Below are positions 1 through 9,500 of a stretch of 64,000 nucleotides of DNA, piece after piece (positions within the stretch are counted from its first letter, which is position 1; each line of letters starts with the position of its first letter). The stretch lies in NCBI GenBank assembly GCA_044223005.1, contig JBGAML010000016.1, forward strand, positions 52,080 to 116,079, given 5' to 3'. The notes beneath the pieces were generated by a model that was given only the letters and a program-made list of their open reading frames with translations, did no database searches and was not told the DNA's origin. A program made the position numbers and the translations under genes. The DNA is from Candidatus Eiseniibacteriota bacterium. Lineage in GTDB: Bacteria; Eisenbacteria; RBG-16-71-46.

Positions 1-2
1 TC

Positions 3-374
3 TACCTCTTCAACCTGGTGGACATGGCCATCGATCCGCAGCGGGTGCTGGCGAACCTGCAGCGCGGCCTCGAGCCGGTCACCTGGGCCGTGATCTCCCT
101 GCTCGCCGTGCTGGCGCTGGTGGGGTCGTTCATGGTGTCCTACACCCGGGCGCGGGCCGAAGGGCTCGGGCTCGACTGCAAGGTCGGCTGGTTCGAGCGA
201 CCCGAGCGGATGGTGCTGCTCATCATCATGGGATTCGCGGGGCTCGGTCCGGTCATCCCGGCCGGTTTGCTCCTGTTGGTCGCGTTGACGTTCGCCACGG
301 CGTTCCAGCGGATGGCGCACGTGTGGTCTCGCACCCGGACCGCGGGTGGCGAGTCCGATTCCACGGAGGCATGA
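3..374 (+). CDS. CDP-alcohol phosphatidyltransferase (phosphatidylinositol-phosphate synthase-like), 5'-truncated by window edge
   Basis: Open frame from window start. [16 protein letters not shown]...VGWFERPER is typical of the C-terminus of PI(P) synthases. Stop overlaps the ino1 start (ATGA). Confidence 0.8.
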   Translation, partial: YLFNLVDMAIDPQRVLANLQRGLEPVTWAVISLLAVLALVGSFMVSYTRARAEGLGLDCKVGWFERPERMVLLIIMGFAGLGPVIPAGLLLLVALTFATAFQRMAHVWSRTRTAGGESDSTEA

Positions 375-1654
375 AGTCCATGGGCAACAAGGTTCGTGTC
401 GCGATCATCGGCGTGGGCAACTGCGCCTCGTCGTTCGTGCAGGGGCTCCACTACTACCGGAACGCGAAGGAAACCGACCGCATTCCCGGGCTCATGCACG
501 TCAACCTGGGCGGCTACCACATCCGCGACGTCGAGATCGTGGCCGCGATCGACATCGACAAGAACAAGGTCGGCAAGGACGTGTCCGAGGCGATCGTGAC
601 GTGGCCGAACAACACGGCCGTGTTCGCGAAAGTGCCGAAGCTCGGCGTCAAGGTGCAGCGCGGCATGACGCACGACGGCCTGGGCAAGTACCTCTCGCAG
701 ATCATCCAGAAGGCGCCGGGCTCCACGGTCGACATCGTCAAGCTGCTCAAGGACACGAAGACCGACGTGGTCGTGAACTACCTGCCCGTGGGCTCGGAAG
801 AGGCCACGAAGTGGTACGTCGAGCAGGTGCTCGAGGCCGGCTGCGCGTTCGTGAACTGCATCCCGGTGTTCATCGCGCGCGAGAAGTACTGGCAGCAGCG
901 CTTCGAGAAGAAGGGCCTGCCGGTGATCGGCGACGACATCAAGTCGCAGGTCGGCGCCACGATCACGCACCGCGTGCTCGCGAACCTGTTCGTCGATCGC
1001 GGCGTGCGCATCGACCGCACGTACCAGCTGAACTTCGGCGGCAACACCGACTTCATGAACATGCTCGAACGCGAGCGGCTGGAGTCCAAGAAGATCAGCA
1101 AGACGTCGGCCGTCACGAGCAACATCCCGTACGACCTGCCGGCCGAAGACGTGCACGTCGGGCCGTCGGACTACGTGCCGTGGCTCAAGGACCGCAAGTG
1201 GTGCCACATCCGCATGGAGGGCACGACGTTCGGCGACGTGCCGCTCAACCTCGAGATGAAGCTCGAGGTGTGGGACTCGCCCAACTCGGCCGGCGTCGTG
1301 ATCGACGCGGTGCGCTGCGCCAAGCTGGGGCTCGACCACGGCCTCAAGGGCGCCCTGGTCGCGCCGTCGTCCTACTTCAAGAAGTCGCCGCCGGTGCAGA
1401 TCCCGGACGACATCTCGCGCGAGCTCGTCGAGAGCTACATCAAGGATCCGAAGGGCGTGGAGGCGAAGCTGCGCGTGAACGCTCCGACGCTCAAGCGCGA
1501 AGGCCCGCCCAAGGGCAAGAAGTCCACGACGAAGCCTTCGCCGGTCGCGAAGGAGAACGTCAAGGTCTCGGCCAACGGGCACGCTCCGGCGAAGGCGAAG
1601 CCGGCGGCGCGCAAGCCCGCTCGCAAGGGCCGCGCGGTCGCGCGCGCCAAGTAG
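371..1654 (+). CDS. ino1: myo-inositol-1-phosphate synthase with Lys/Ala/Pro-rich C-terminal tail
   Basis: Motifs [42 protein letters not shown] and [16 protein letters not shown] before ATG 371. Confidence 0.95.
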   Translation: MKSMGNKVRVAIIGVGNCASSFVQGLHYYRNAKETDRIPGLMHVNLGGYHIRDVEIVAAIDIDKNKVGKDVSEAIVTWPNNTAVFAKVPKLGVKVQRGMTHDGLGKYLSQIIQKAPGSTVDIVKLLKDTKTDVVVNYLPVGSEEATKWYVEQVLEAGCAFVNCIPVFIAREKYWQQRFEKKGLPVIGDDIKSQVGATITHRVLANLFVDRGVRIDRTYQLNFGGNTDFMNMLERERLESKKISKTSAVTSNIPYDLPAEDVHVGPSDYVPWLKDRKWCHIRMEGTTFGDVPLNLEMKLEVWDSPNSAGVVIDAVRCAKLGLDHGLKGALVAPSSYFKKSPPVQIPDDISRELVESYIKDPKGVEAKLRVNAPTLKREGPPKGKKSTTKPSPVAKENVKVSANGHAPAKAKPAARKPARKGRAVARAK

Positions 1655-1661
1655 GTTCTCC

Positions 1662-2294
1662 GTGCCGGGGACGTTCGTCACCTTCGAAGGGGGCGAAGGC
1701 TCCGGGAAGTCCACGCAGGTCGCGCGGCTCGCCGCGCGCCTGCGGGCACACGGACTCGATCCGCTCGTCACTCGAGAGCCCGGAGGCACTCCGCTCGCGG
1801 AGGGCATCCGGGCTCTCCTGCTCGATCCCGACCGGCGGCCGGTGCCGCTCGCCGAGGCGCTGCTCATGGAGGCCTCGCGCGCGCAGCTCGTGGACACGGT
1901 GCTGCGGCCGGCGCTCGCGTCGGGCCGCGTCGTGCTGTGCGATCGCTACGACGACTCGACGCTCGCTTACCAGGGCGCCGGACGCGGGCTCGACCCCGCG
2001 ATGCTCGAAGCATGGAATCGCGCCGCGACCGGTGGGCTGGTGCCCGACCTGACACTGCTGTTCGACCTGCCGCCCGCGGCGGGCCTGGCGCGGCGCGAAA
2101 AGGCGGTGGGAACGCCCAATCGGCTGGATCGCGAATCGCACGATTTTCACGTCCGCGTCAGGGCGCGTTACCTCGAACTGGCGGCCGCGTCGCCCGAGCG
2201 CTGGCGCGTGCTCGACGCGTCGCAGTCGCAGGACGAACTCGAGTCGCGCGTGTGGGAGTTGGTGGCCCCGCGACTGGGCCTGACGGTCGCCTGA
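1662..2294 (+). CDS. tmk: thymidylate kinase
   Basis: FVTFEGGEGSGKSTQ P-loop; TREPGGT; CDRYxDSTxAYQG. Confidence 0.95.
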   Translation: MPGTFVTFEGGEGSGKSTQVARLAARLRAHGLDPLVTREPGGTPLAEGIRALLLDPDRRPVPLAEALLMEASRAQLVDTVLRPALASGRVVLCDRYDDSTLAYQGAGRGLDPAMLEAWNRAATGGLVPDLTLLFDLPPAAGLARREKAVGTPNRLDRESHDFHVRVRARYLELAAASPERWRVLDASQSQDELESRVWELVAPRLGLTVA

Positions 2295-2411
2295 CGCTTC
2301 CGCGCCGGGGCGCGGGAGGCCCGGAAGCGCGTGATATAGTTCCCCTCCGCCGATCCCCGTCACCGGCTCCGCCGTGGGAGCCGCCCCCGAAGAGCTTCCT
2401 CTGGAGGGCTC

Positions 2412-4007
2412 GTGATCCGTCGACGCATCCTGCTGGCCGCCGTGCTCGCCGTGCTGTTCGGCATCGGCTGGGGCGTGGGCCGTGGCCGCGCGGGTGGCGA
2501 CCTCTATCGCAATCTCGACACGTTCGTCGAGGTGCTGCATGCGGTGCAGGCGAGCTATGTGGATCCGGTGCAGCCGCGGCCGCTGATCGAAGGCGGGCTG
2601 CGCGGCATGCTGCAGTCGCTCGATCCGTATTCGCGCTTCCTGTCGCAGGCGGAGTACGAAGGCCTGCGCGGCACGCTCGACGAACAGTTCGAAGGCATCG
2701 GCCTGCTCCTCGACGTGCACCAGGGCGCACCGATCGTCGTGACGCCGGTCGAAGGTTCGCCGGCGTGGGAAGCCGGGCTGCTGCCGGGGGACGTGATCTC
2801 CAAGGTGGATGGCCACTCCACGCTGGGGCACACGCTCGCCGACATCGCGGGCTGGCTGAAGGGGCCCGCGGGCAAGAGCGTGACGCTGCAGGTGCTGCGC
2901 ACGGGCGAGACCGAGCCGCTCGATCTCACGCTGGTGCGGCGCACCGTGGACGCGCCGAGCGTGACGGCGGCGTTCCTGCCCGAGCCGGGCATCGGCTACG
3001 TGCGGCTCTCGAGCTTCGGCGAGCACGCGGGTGCCGAACTCGGCGCCGCGATCGATTCGCTGCGCCTGAGCGGCGCGCGCGCGCTCGTGCTCGACCTGCG
3101 CGGCAACCCGGGCGGCCTCGTCGCGCAGGCGATCGAGGTCGTGCAGCCGTTCGTGCGCGAGGGCTCGCTCGTGGTCACGACCCGCGGTCGCGCGGCGCCC
3201 GAGCGCAAGTTCCTCGCGGCCCGCGCGCGCACGGGCGTCGACTGGCCGCTGGCGGTGCTGATCGACGGCGGCAGCGCGTCGGCATCGGAAATCGTCGCCG
3301 GGTCGCTGCAGGACGTCGACCGCGCGCTCGTGGTGGGCCAGCACAGCTTCGGCAAGGGCTCCGTGCAGGACGTGATGCCGCTGCGCAACCGCGAGGGCGC
3401 GATCCAGTTGACGACCGCGTGGTACCACACGCCGAGCGGACGTTCGCTGCAGGCCGCGAACGCGGCCGCCGCGGCCGACGACGAGGACGAGGAAGACGCC
3501 GCGAGTGACGATTCGACCTCGGCGCCCAGGTCCGACACCGCGACCGCCGCCGTCTTCCACACCGCCTCCGGCCGCGTCGTGCACGCGGGTGGGGTCGAGC
3601 CCGACCTCGAGGTGAAGCCCGATACGCTGCCGCCGCTCACGCTGGCGCTCGAAGGCCGTCGCGTGGCGTTCCGGTTCGCGAAGGACTGGGTGCCGGCGCA
3701 CGGCGCGAGCGCGGACACGGCCGCCGTGAGTGCGTATCGCAAGGCGGCCGCCGCGGCGGGCGTCACGATCACCGACGCGGGCTGGGAGCGCGAGCGCGAC
3801 GCGATCGAGCGCGGCCTGAGGCGCGAGCTCGCCCGGCGCGCGGGCGGCGCCGCCGCCGCCGCGCGGATCGAGCTCGAGCGCGACCCGGTCTGGGCGCGCG
3901 CGGCCGTCGTGCTGCGGCAGGCGCACTCGGCGTCGCAGGTGTTCGCGATCGCCACCGGCAAGCCGGTGGCCCCGGCGCCGGTGCGCCGATCCGTGCGAGG
4001 GAAGTGA
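2412..4007 (+). CDS. S41 family C-terminal processing protease (CtpA/Prc-like, PDZ)
   Basis: N-terminal anchor; LDPYS; PDZ (GIG...GSPA..AGL..GD); DLRGNPGG; SASASEIVAG; SFGKGSVQ. Confidence 0.92.
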   Translation: MIRRRILLAAVLAVLFGIGWGVGRGRAGGDLYRNLDTFVEVLHAVQASYVDPVQPRPLIEGGLRGMLQSLDPYSRFLSQAEYEGLRGTLDEQFEGIGLLLDVHQGAPIVVTPVEGSPAWEAGLLPGDVISKVDGHSTLGHTLADIAGWLKGPAGKSVTLQVLRTGETEPLDLTLVRRTVDAPSVTAAFLPEPGIGYVRLSSFGEHAGAELGAAIDSLRLSGARALVLDLRGNPGGLVAQAIEVVQPFVREGSLVVTTRGRAAPERKFLAARARTGVDWPLAVLIDGGSASASEIVAGSLQDVDRALVVGQHSFGKGSVQDVMPLRNREGAIQLTTAWYHTPSGRSLQAANAAAAADDEDEEDAASDDSTSAPRSDTATAAVFHTASGRVVHAGGVEPDLEVKPDTLPPLTLALEGRRVAFRFAKDWVPAHGASADTAAVSAYRKAAAAAGVTITDAGWERERDAIERGLRRELARRAGGAAAAARIELERDPVWARAAVVLRQAHSASQVFAIATGKPVAPAPVRRSVRGK

Positions 4008-4723
4008 CGCGCATGCCGTTCGCGTACCTCTGCGACTTCGACGGCACCATTTCGCCCCAGGACATCGGCGCCGCATTCGTGGAGCGCTTCTCCGCGGGCC
4101 GGGACGCCGAGCGCGAGGCGCTGCTGGCGCGCTGGTTCGCCGGCGGTCTCGGGCACCGCGAACTGACGACGGGGGAGCTCGCGCTCGTGGACGCGAGCCT
4201 CGAGGAGGCGCTCGAGTTCGCGCGCACGTTCCGCCTCGATCCGCATTTCGCGCCGTTCGTGCGCGAGGCGCGCGGGCGTGGCGACGCGGTGATGATCGTG
4301 AGCGAGGGGCTCGATTTCTACGTGCGCGACCATCTCGCGCGCGCCGGGTTCCCCGACCTGCCGTGGGCGGCGAACGGCGCGCGGTTCGAGGGGCGCGCGG
4401 TGCACGCCGAGTTCCCGTTCGCGGATCCCGGCTGCGAATCGTGCGGCAACTGCAAGGCCCAGCACGTGCGCCGTTATCGCGGTCGCGGCTTCCACACGGT
4501 GCTGGTGGGTGACGGCCTGTCCGACCGCTGTGGCGCGCGCGCGGCCGACACCGTGCTGGCGCGCGGCGACCTGCTCGCGTGGTGCGAGCGCGAGCGGTTG
4601 CCGCACGTGCCGTTCGAGCACTTCGGCGACGTCGCGGAATGGGCCCGCGGCCGCGATCTCGCGGCGCCGCTGCCGCGCCCGTCGCGTTCCGGCGCGCGGA
4701 GCGCGCGGAGGGCCGCGCGATGA
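4004..4723 (+). CDS. MtnX-like HAD-IB phosphatase
   Basis: CDFDGTI motif I; VSEG motif II; CxxCGNCK; GDGLSD motif IV. ATG 4013 is an alternative start. Confidence 0.8.
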   Translation: MTRMPFAYLCDFDGTISPQDIGAAFVERFSAGRDAEREALLARWFAGGLGHRELTTGELALVDASLEEALEFARTFRLDPHFAPFVREARGRGDAVMIVSEGLDFYVRDHLARAGFPDLPWAANGARFEGRAVHAEFPFADPGCESCGNCKAQHVRRYRGRGFHTVLVGDGLSDRCGARAADTVLARGDLLAWCERERLPHVPFEHFGDVAEWARGRDLAAPLPRPSRSGARSARRAAR

Positions 4724-5766
4724 AGGTGGGTCCGGTCGAGTTCGAGACCCCGTTCGTGCTCGCGCCGCTCGCCGGCGTGAGCGATTCGCCGTTCCGCCAG
4801 CTGGCGCGCGAACAGGGGGCCGGCGCGGTCTACACCGAGATGGTCTCCGCGGACGGCCTCGTGCGCGGCAACGCCGCGACCATGGACTACATCGCGTTCG
4901 AGCCGCACGAGCGCCCGATCGGCGTGCAGCTGTTCGGCTCTGATCCCGCGATCATGGCCGACGCGACGCGGGTGCTGTCGGAACTGCCGCCCGAGAAGCG
5001 CCCGGACCTGGTCGACATCAACATGGGCTGCCCGGTCCGCAAGGTCGTGACGCGCTGCGCCGGCGCCGCCCTGCTGCAGGACGTGCCGCTCATCGAACGG
5101 ATCGTGCGCGCGATGTCCGACGCGACGCCCCTGCCCGTGACGGCCAAGATCCGCCTCGGCTGGGACGGCGAGTCGCGCAACGTGGTCGAGGTGGCCAAGG
5201 CCCTCGAAGGCTCCGGGGCCGCCGCGGTCGCGATTCACGCCCGCACGCGGGCCGAGAAGTTCGAGGGCACGGCCCACTGGGACCTGATCGCCGAGGCCAA
5301 GCGGGCCGTGGGGATCCCGGTGATCGGCAACGGCGATGTGAAGACCGCCGCCGACGCCGTGCGGATGCTCGAGACGACCGGCTGCGACGGCGTCATGCTC
5401 GGGCGGGCGGCCTTCGGCGACCCCTGGGTGTTCCGGCGGATCCGGGCGCTGGCCGAGCGCGGCGAGGTCCTGCCGCCGCCCACCGCTCAGGAGCGGCTCG
5501 AGGCGGGGGTCCGCCACCTGCACATGCTGGTCGCGACTGCGGGCGAGCGGGTCGCCGCCAAGGAGATGCGCAAGCACGTCGCCTGGTACATCAAGGGGCT
5601 CCCGCACAGCCATCGGGTCCGCGAGCAGGTCAACCGCACCCGCTCGGCCGCCGAGATGGTGGAGCTGATGCAGCTCTACCTCGCCGAGCTGGCCGCCCAC
5701 GGCCTCGAGCACTTCGCGCCCGAGCCGGCGGCCGTGGACGCCGGCTCGCTGCCGACGGCCGGCTGA
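4720..5766 (+). CDS. dusB: tRNA-dihydrouridine synthase B
   Basis: LAPLAGVSD, TEMVS, QLFG, DINMGCP, HARTR and IGNGD motifs. Confidence 0.93.
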   Translation: MKVGPVEFETPFVLAPLAGVSDSPFRQLAREQGAGAVYTEMVSADGLVRGNAATMDYIAFEPHERPIGVQLFGSDPAIMADATRVLSELPPEKRPDLVDINMGCPVRKVVTRCAGAALLQDVPLIERIVRAMSDATPLPVTAKIRLGWDGESRNVVEVAKALEGSGAAAVAIHARTRAEKFEGTAHWDLIAEAKRAVGIPVIGNGDVKTAADAVRMLETTGCDGVMLGRAAFGDPWVFRRIRALAERGEVLPPPTAQERLEAGVRHLHMLVATAGERVAAKEMRKHVAWYIKGLPHSHRVREQVNRTRSAAEMVELMQLYLAELAAHGLEHFAPEPAAVDAGSLPTAG

Positions 5767-6184
5767 GCGCCCCAGCGCCGCCGCGGTCCACCCGGGCCGC
5801 CGCCTCGCGGGCGAACCGACGATTTTGGAGCAGCTTGCGGGAGCGCTCCTCGGCGGCGGCCGGCGACCACGCGAGCGGACGTCCCGAGACGTCGCGGCGA
5901 GAGCGCGAGTCGGATGTGCTCGCGCCGCGATCGGGGCTCCCAGAGCGCCACTTCCTGGCGCGATGCCGCCCCGGAAGTCGAAGTGAAAAAGAAGGATGCT
6001 GGGCGGCAGTGGCGATGGGATCCAGGCCTGGCCGGCGCTGGTCCCGGGGGCGCCGGAGCGTCGCTTCCGAGCGATGGAACGGGCCGCTCGGAGGGGGTGT
6101 GGAGAGTCGGTCGCGCACGTGCAGGTGCGTGAAAAAACGTCGCTTGTCCGTTTCGAAGAGTTCAAGATCCGGTGAAAAAACGGA

Positions 6185-6213
6185 TTGACAGAGACCTGAT
6201 GCCCGCCTAGCCT
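6185..6213 (+). promoter_or_regulatory. sigma70-type promoter for the giant surface protein gene
   Basis: TTGACA-17 bp-TAGCCT, preceded by A-tracts (GTGAAAAAACG twice) resembling UP elements. Confidence 0.7.
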
Positions 6214-6559
6214 TTGTTGCGTGTTGGTAGGTGCGGTCCCCCCGTACCCCGACGCAAGAACGCACCTCATACAGTTCCGCGGCTGGAAGAAGCACGTCTC
6301 GGCTGGCAGCGGCCGACGTCTTCGCCCGGCTCACAAAGAGATCGTACGCACCATGTGTCGTGGGAAGCCCGAACTGCCTAAGGGTGACTCGCGGCAGCGG
6401 AAAGGAGGGATGGCTCCAGAGGAGTGTAGCAACTGCCGTCGGATGGCTCGCCATGCGTGAGAGCTCCCGTCGGCGATTTGTTTTTGCGACACCTCGCTCG
6501 CAATCCGTTGCTGGAAGACTTCGCATTGCCCATGCATTGCGACGATGGAGGTAGTCCCT

Positions 6560-9500
6560 ATGAAGAAAGCTTTCCTCGCACTGCTTCTCCTCGTTGGAGC
6601 GGCTGCGATGATGGCGAGTGCCGCGTTTGCCCTGGACGGACAGAACGAGTTCACGGGCATCCAGCGGTCGCACGCGAGCCTCGCGACCCGGGCGCAGAAC
6701 GCCGGGACGATGGGCGGCGCGGCGGCGATCTACGACACCACGTGGGTCGGCCACTCGGCCTCGAACCATTTCAACGCTGCGAACAACTGGTGGAACATCT
6801 ACACCGGTACGTATCGCCCCGGCGTCGCGATCGCCAACAACGCCCTGTGGGATTTCGAAGATCTCACGAACATGGCGGCTGGCTTCGCGGACTCGCTGCA
6901 GGGCTGGTGGCCGACCGGGGACCGTCAGGGTTCCGTGGCCGGCTTCACGGATGACCTGCTGTACTCGTACCTCGGCCTGGATCACGGCAACCAGGTGAAC
7001 TACGCGATGCGTGGTTACCTGGGCCGTACGAAGGGCGTCATTGGCGCGTGGCACGCGGATCCCGGCAAGAACGCGGGCATCGGTGTGACGTGGGCGCCGA
7101 TGAGCGGCAGCTACTCGGCCTGGTGCGGTCTGCGCGAGACGAACGACAACACCGTCATCGACCAGGTGACGAAGAACCCGTTCAACTCGTCCACCGCCGA
7201 GTTCAACAACCTGCTCGTGGGCCTGACGGCGAAGAACTACCCCGGCTACTGCCGTTCGTGGGACCAGATGCTGTATCGCGATCTGGCTCCGACGGCGGGT
7301 CAGCCGCTGACGCTGTCGTTCCTCTACCGCACGCGCATGTCGCTGGGTGCGAACACCTCGACGACCGGCCGCATCGGCTGGTTCCATGGTGACCCGCTCT
7401 CGACGACGCCGGGCAACTTCATCAGCGCGGCTGCGTCTGCGCCGACGACGATCGTGGACTCGTTCCAGGTGTTCATCGGCGTGCCGGTCAATGAGGCCGC
7501 GGTGACGCTTTCGAACGGCACGACCGCTCCGGTGTACGACAAGCAGCGTCGTTGGTTCTCGGAAGTCGTGCAGATGTTCAATGGCGCGCCGCTGTACGAA
7601 GTCATGTCGCGTGCGGGTGCGAACCCGGCCACGACCGACACGACGGGCTTCAACTCGTTCTCGGCCGTCATCGACGCTCCGACCGTCGCGAGCATCACGG
7701 GCTTCGCCGGCAACCCGACGGGCAACGTCCGTCTCGTGTTCCGCGTGAAGACGAACAGCTCGTTCGACGATCAGGCCGGCACGTTCAACTCCGCCAGCCG
7801 TGGCGCCGCGCAGATCGACGACGTCACGATCCAGTGGGGCGCTGCTGCCGCCAGCAACATCGGTGACTTCGAAGGCCTCGAGCAGAGCGGCCCCAACTCG
7901 ATCGACAACCGGTTCGACGGCACGCACCAGGTGAACTACGCGATGCGTGGTTACCTGGGCCGTACGAAGGGCGTCATTGGCGCGTGGCACGCGGATCCCG
8001 GCAAGAACGCGGGCATCGGTGTGACGTGGGCGCCGATGAGCGGCAGCTACTCGGCCTGGTGTGGTCTGCGCGAGACGAACGACAACACCGTCATCGACCA
8101 GGTGACGAAGAACCCCTTCAACGCCACCACGGCGGAGTTCAACGTCCAGAACGTGGGGCTCACGGCGAAGAACTTCCCCGGCTATTGCCGCCAGTGGGAC
8201 CAGATGCTGTATCGCGACCTGGTGCCGACGGCGGGTCAGCCGCTGACGCTGTCGTTCCTGTACCGCACGCGCATGTCGCTGGGTGCGAACACCTCGACGA
8301 CCGGCCGCATCGGCTGGTTCCATGGCGACCCGCTTTGGACGGCGGCCGGCAACTTCATCAGCGCGGCGGCCGCTGCGCCGACGACGATCGTCGACTCGTT
8401 TCAGGTCTACGTCGGCGTGCCCGTCAACGACGCGGCCGTCACGCTCTCGAACGGCAACGTCTCGCCGGTGTTTGACCCGCAGCGCCGCTGGTTCTCGGAA
8501 GTCCTCCAGATGTTCAACGGCGCGCCGATGGTCGAGGTCATGGCGCGTGCGGGTGCGAACCCGGCGACGACCGACACGACAGGCTTCGTCACGTTCTCGA
8601 CGACGATCGAGGCCCCGACGGTGGCGAGCATCGCCACGTCTCCCCTGAACCCGACGGGCAATGTCCGTCTCGTGTTCCGCGTCAAGACGAACAGCTCGTT
8701 CGACGACCAGGCCGGCAACTTCGACTCCGCCAGCCGTGGCGCCGCGCAGATCGACGACGTCACGATCCAGTGGGGCGCTGCTGCCGCCAGCAACATCGGT
8801 GACTTCGAAGGCCTCGAGCAGAGCGGCCCCAACTCGATCGACAACCGGTTCGACGGCACGCACACGGCCGTGACGAACTGGCGCTCGACCGGTCGTCCGA
8901 CGCCGAACGACTGGCACGCGACGCCGCTGACCGGCCTGCCGTGGTCCGACATCTGTGGACCGATCGGCGCGGCGACGCGTACGTGCAACATGATCGGCAA
9001 CGTCCTGGACGCCGGCAACGCCGACCAGGGCGAGGCGCTCGGCGATCCTTCGACCGACGCCACGATCGAGTTCCGTTCGGGCGCCATCTCCCCGACCATC
9101 GACCTGACGACGACCGTGAGCCCGAACCCCATGGGCATCACGTCGGCGATCGTCGGCGGCTCGGATGACTACTACATCCGCTACGACGTCTACACGGGTG
9201 ACTTCGACGCGCTCGGCAACACGGGCGTGTTCTGGTGGTGGGCGGCGCAGTCGTACCCGAACGTCCAGGCCAACGGCGCCAAGACGTGGGGCGACATCAC
9301 CGCCGGCGGTACGATCCTGTACGAGCCGGATATCCGTTGCTACGGCGACATCGAGCCGCTGAAGGCCAAGAGCAAGATCCAGACGTCGAACGCGTCCGGC
9401 CTGCCGGATTCGCTCCGCATCTACCTGGGTCTGTACGCGCTCAACGGCTTCTACGGCGACCCGCTCGGCGCCAACCCGGCGTTCGGTTGCTACTTCGACA

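Noticed and set aside
5767..6180. Small ORFs (5835-6188, 5914-6132) or an ncRNA between dusB and the surface-protein promoter
   Set aside because: No RBS, motif or recognisable RNA family; the hairpins are no more than expected at this GC content.
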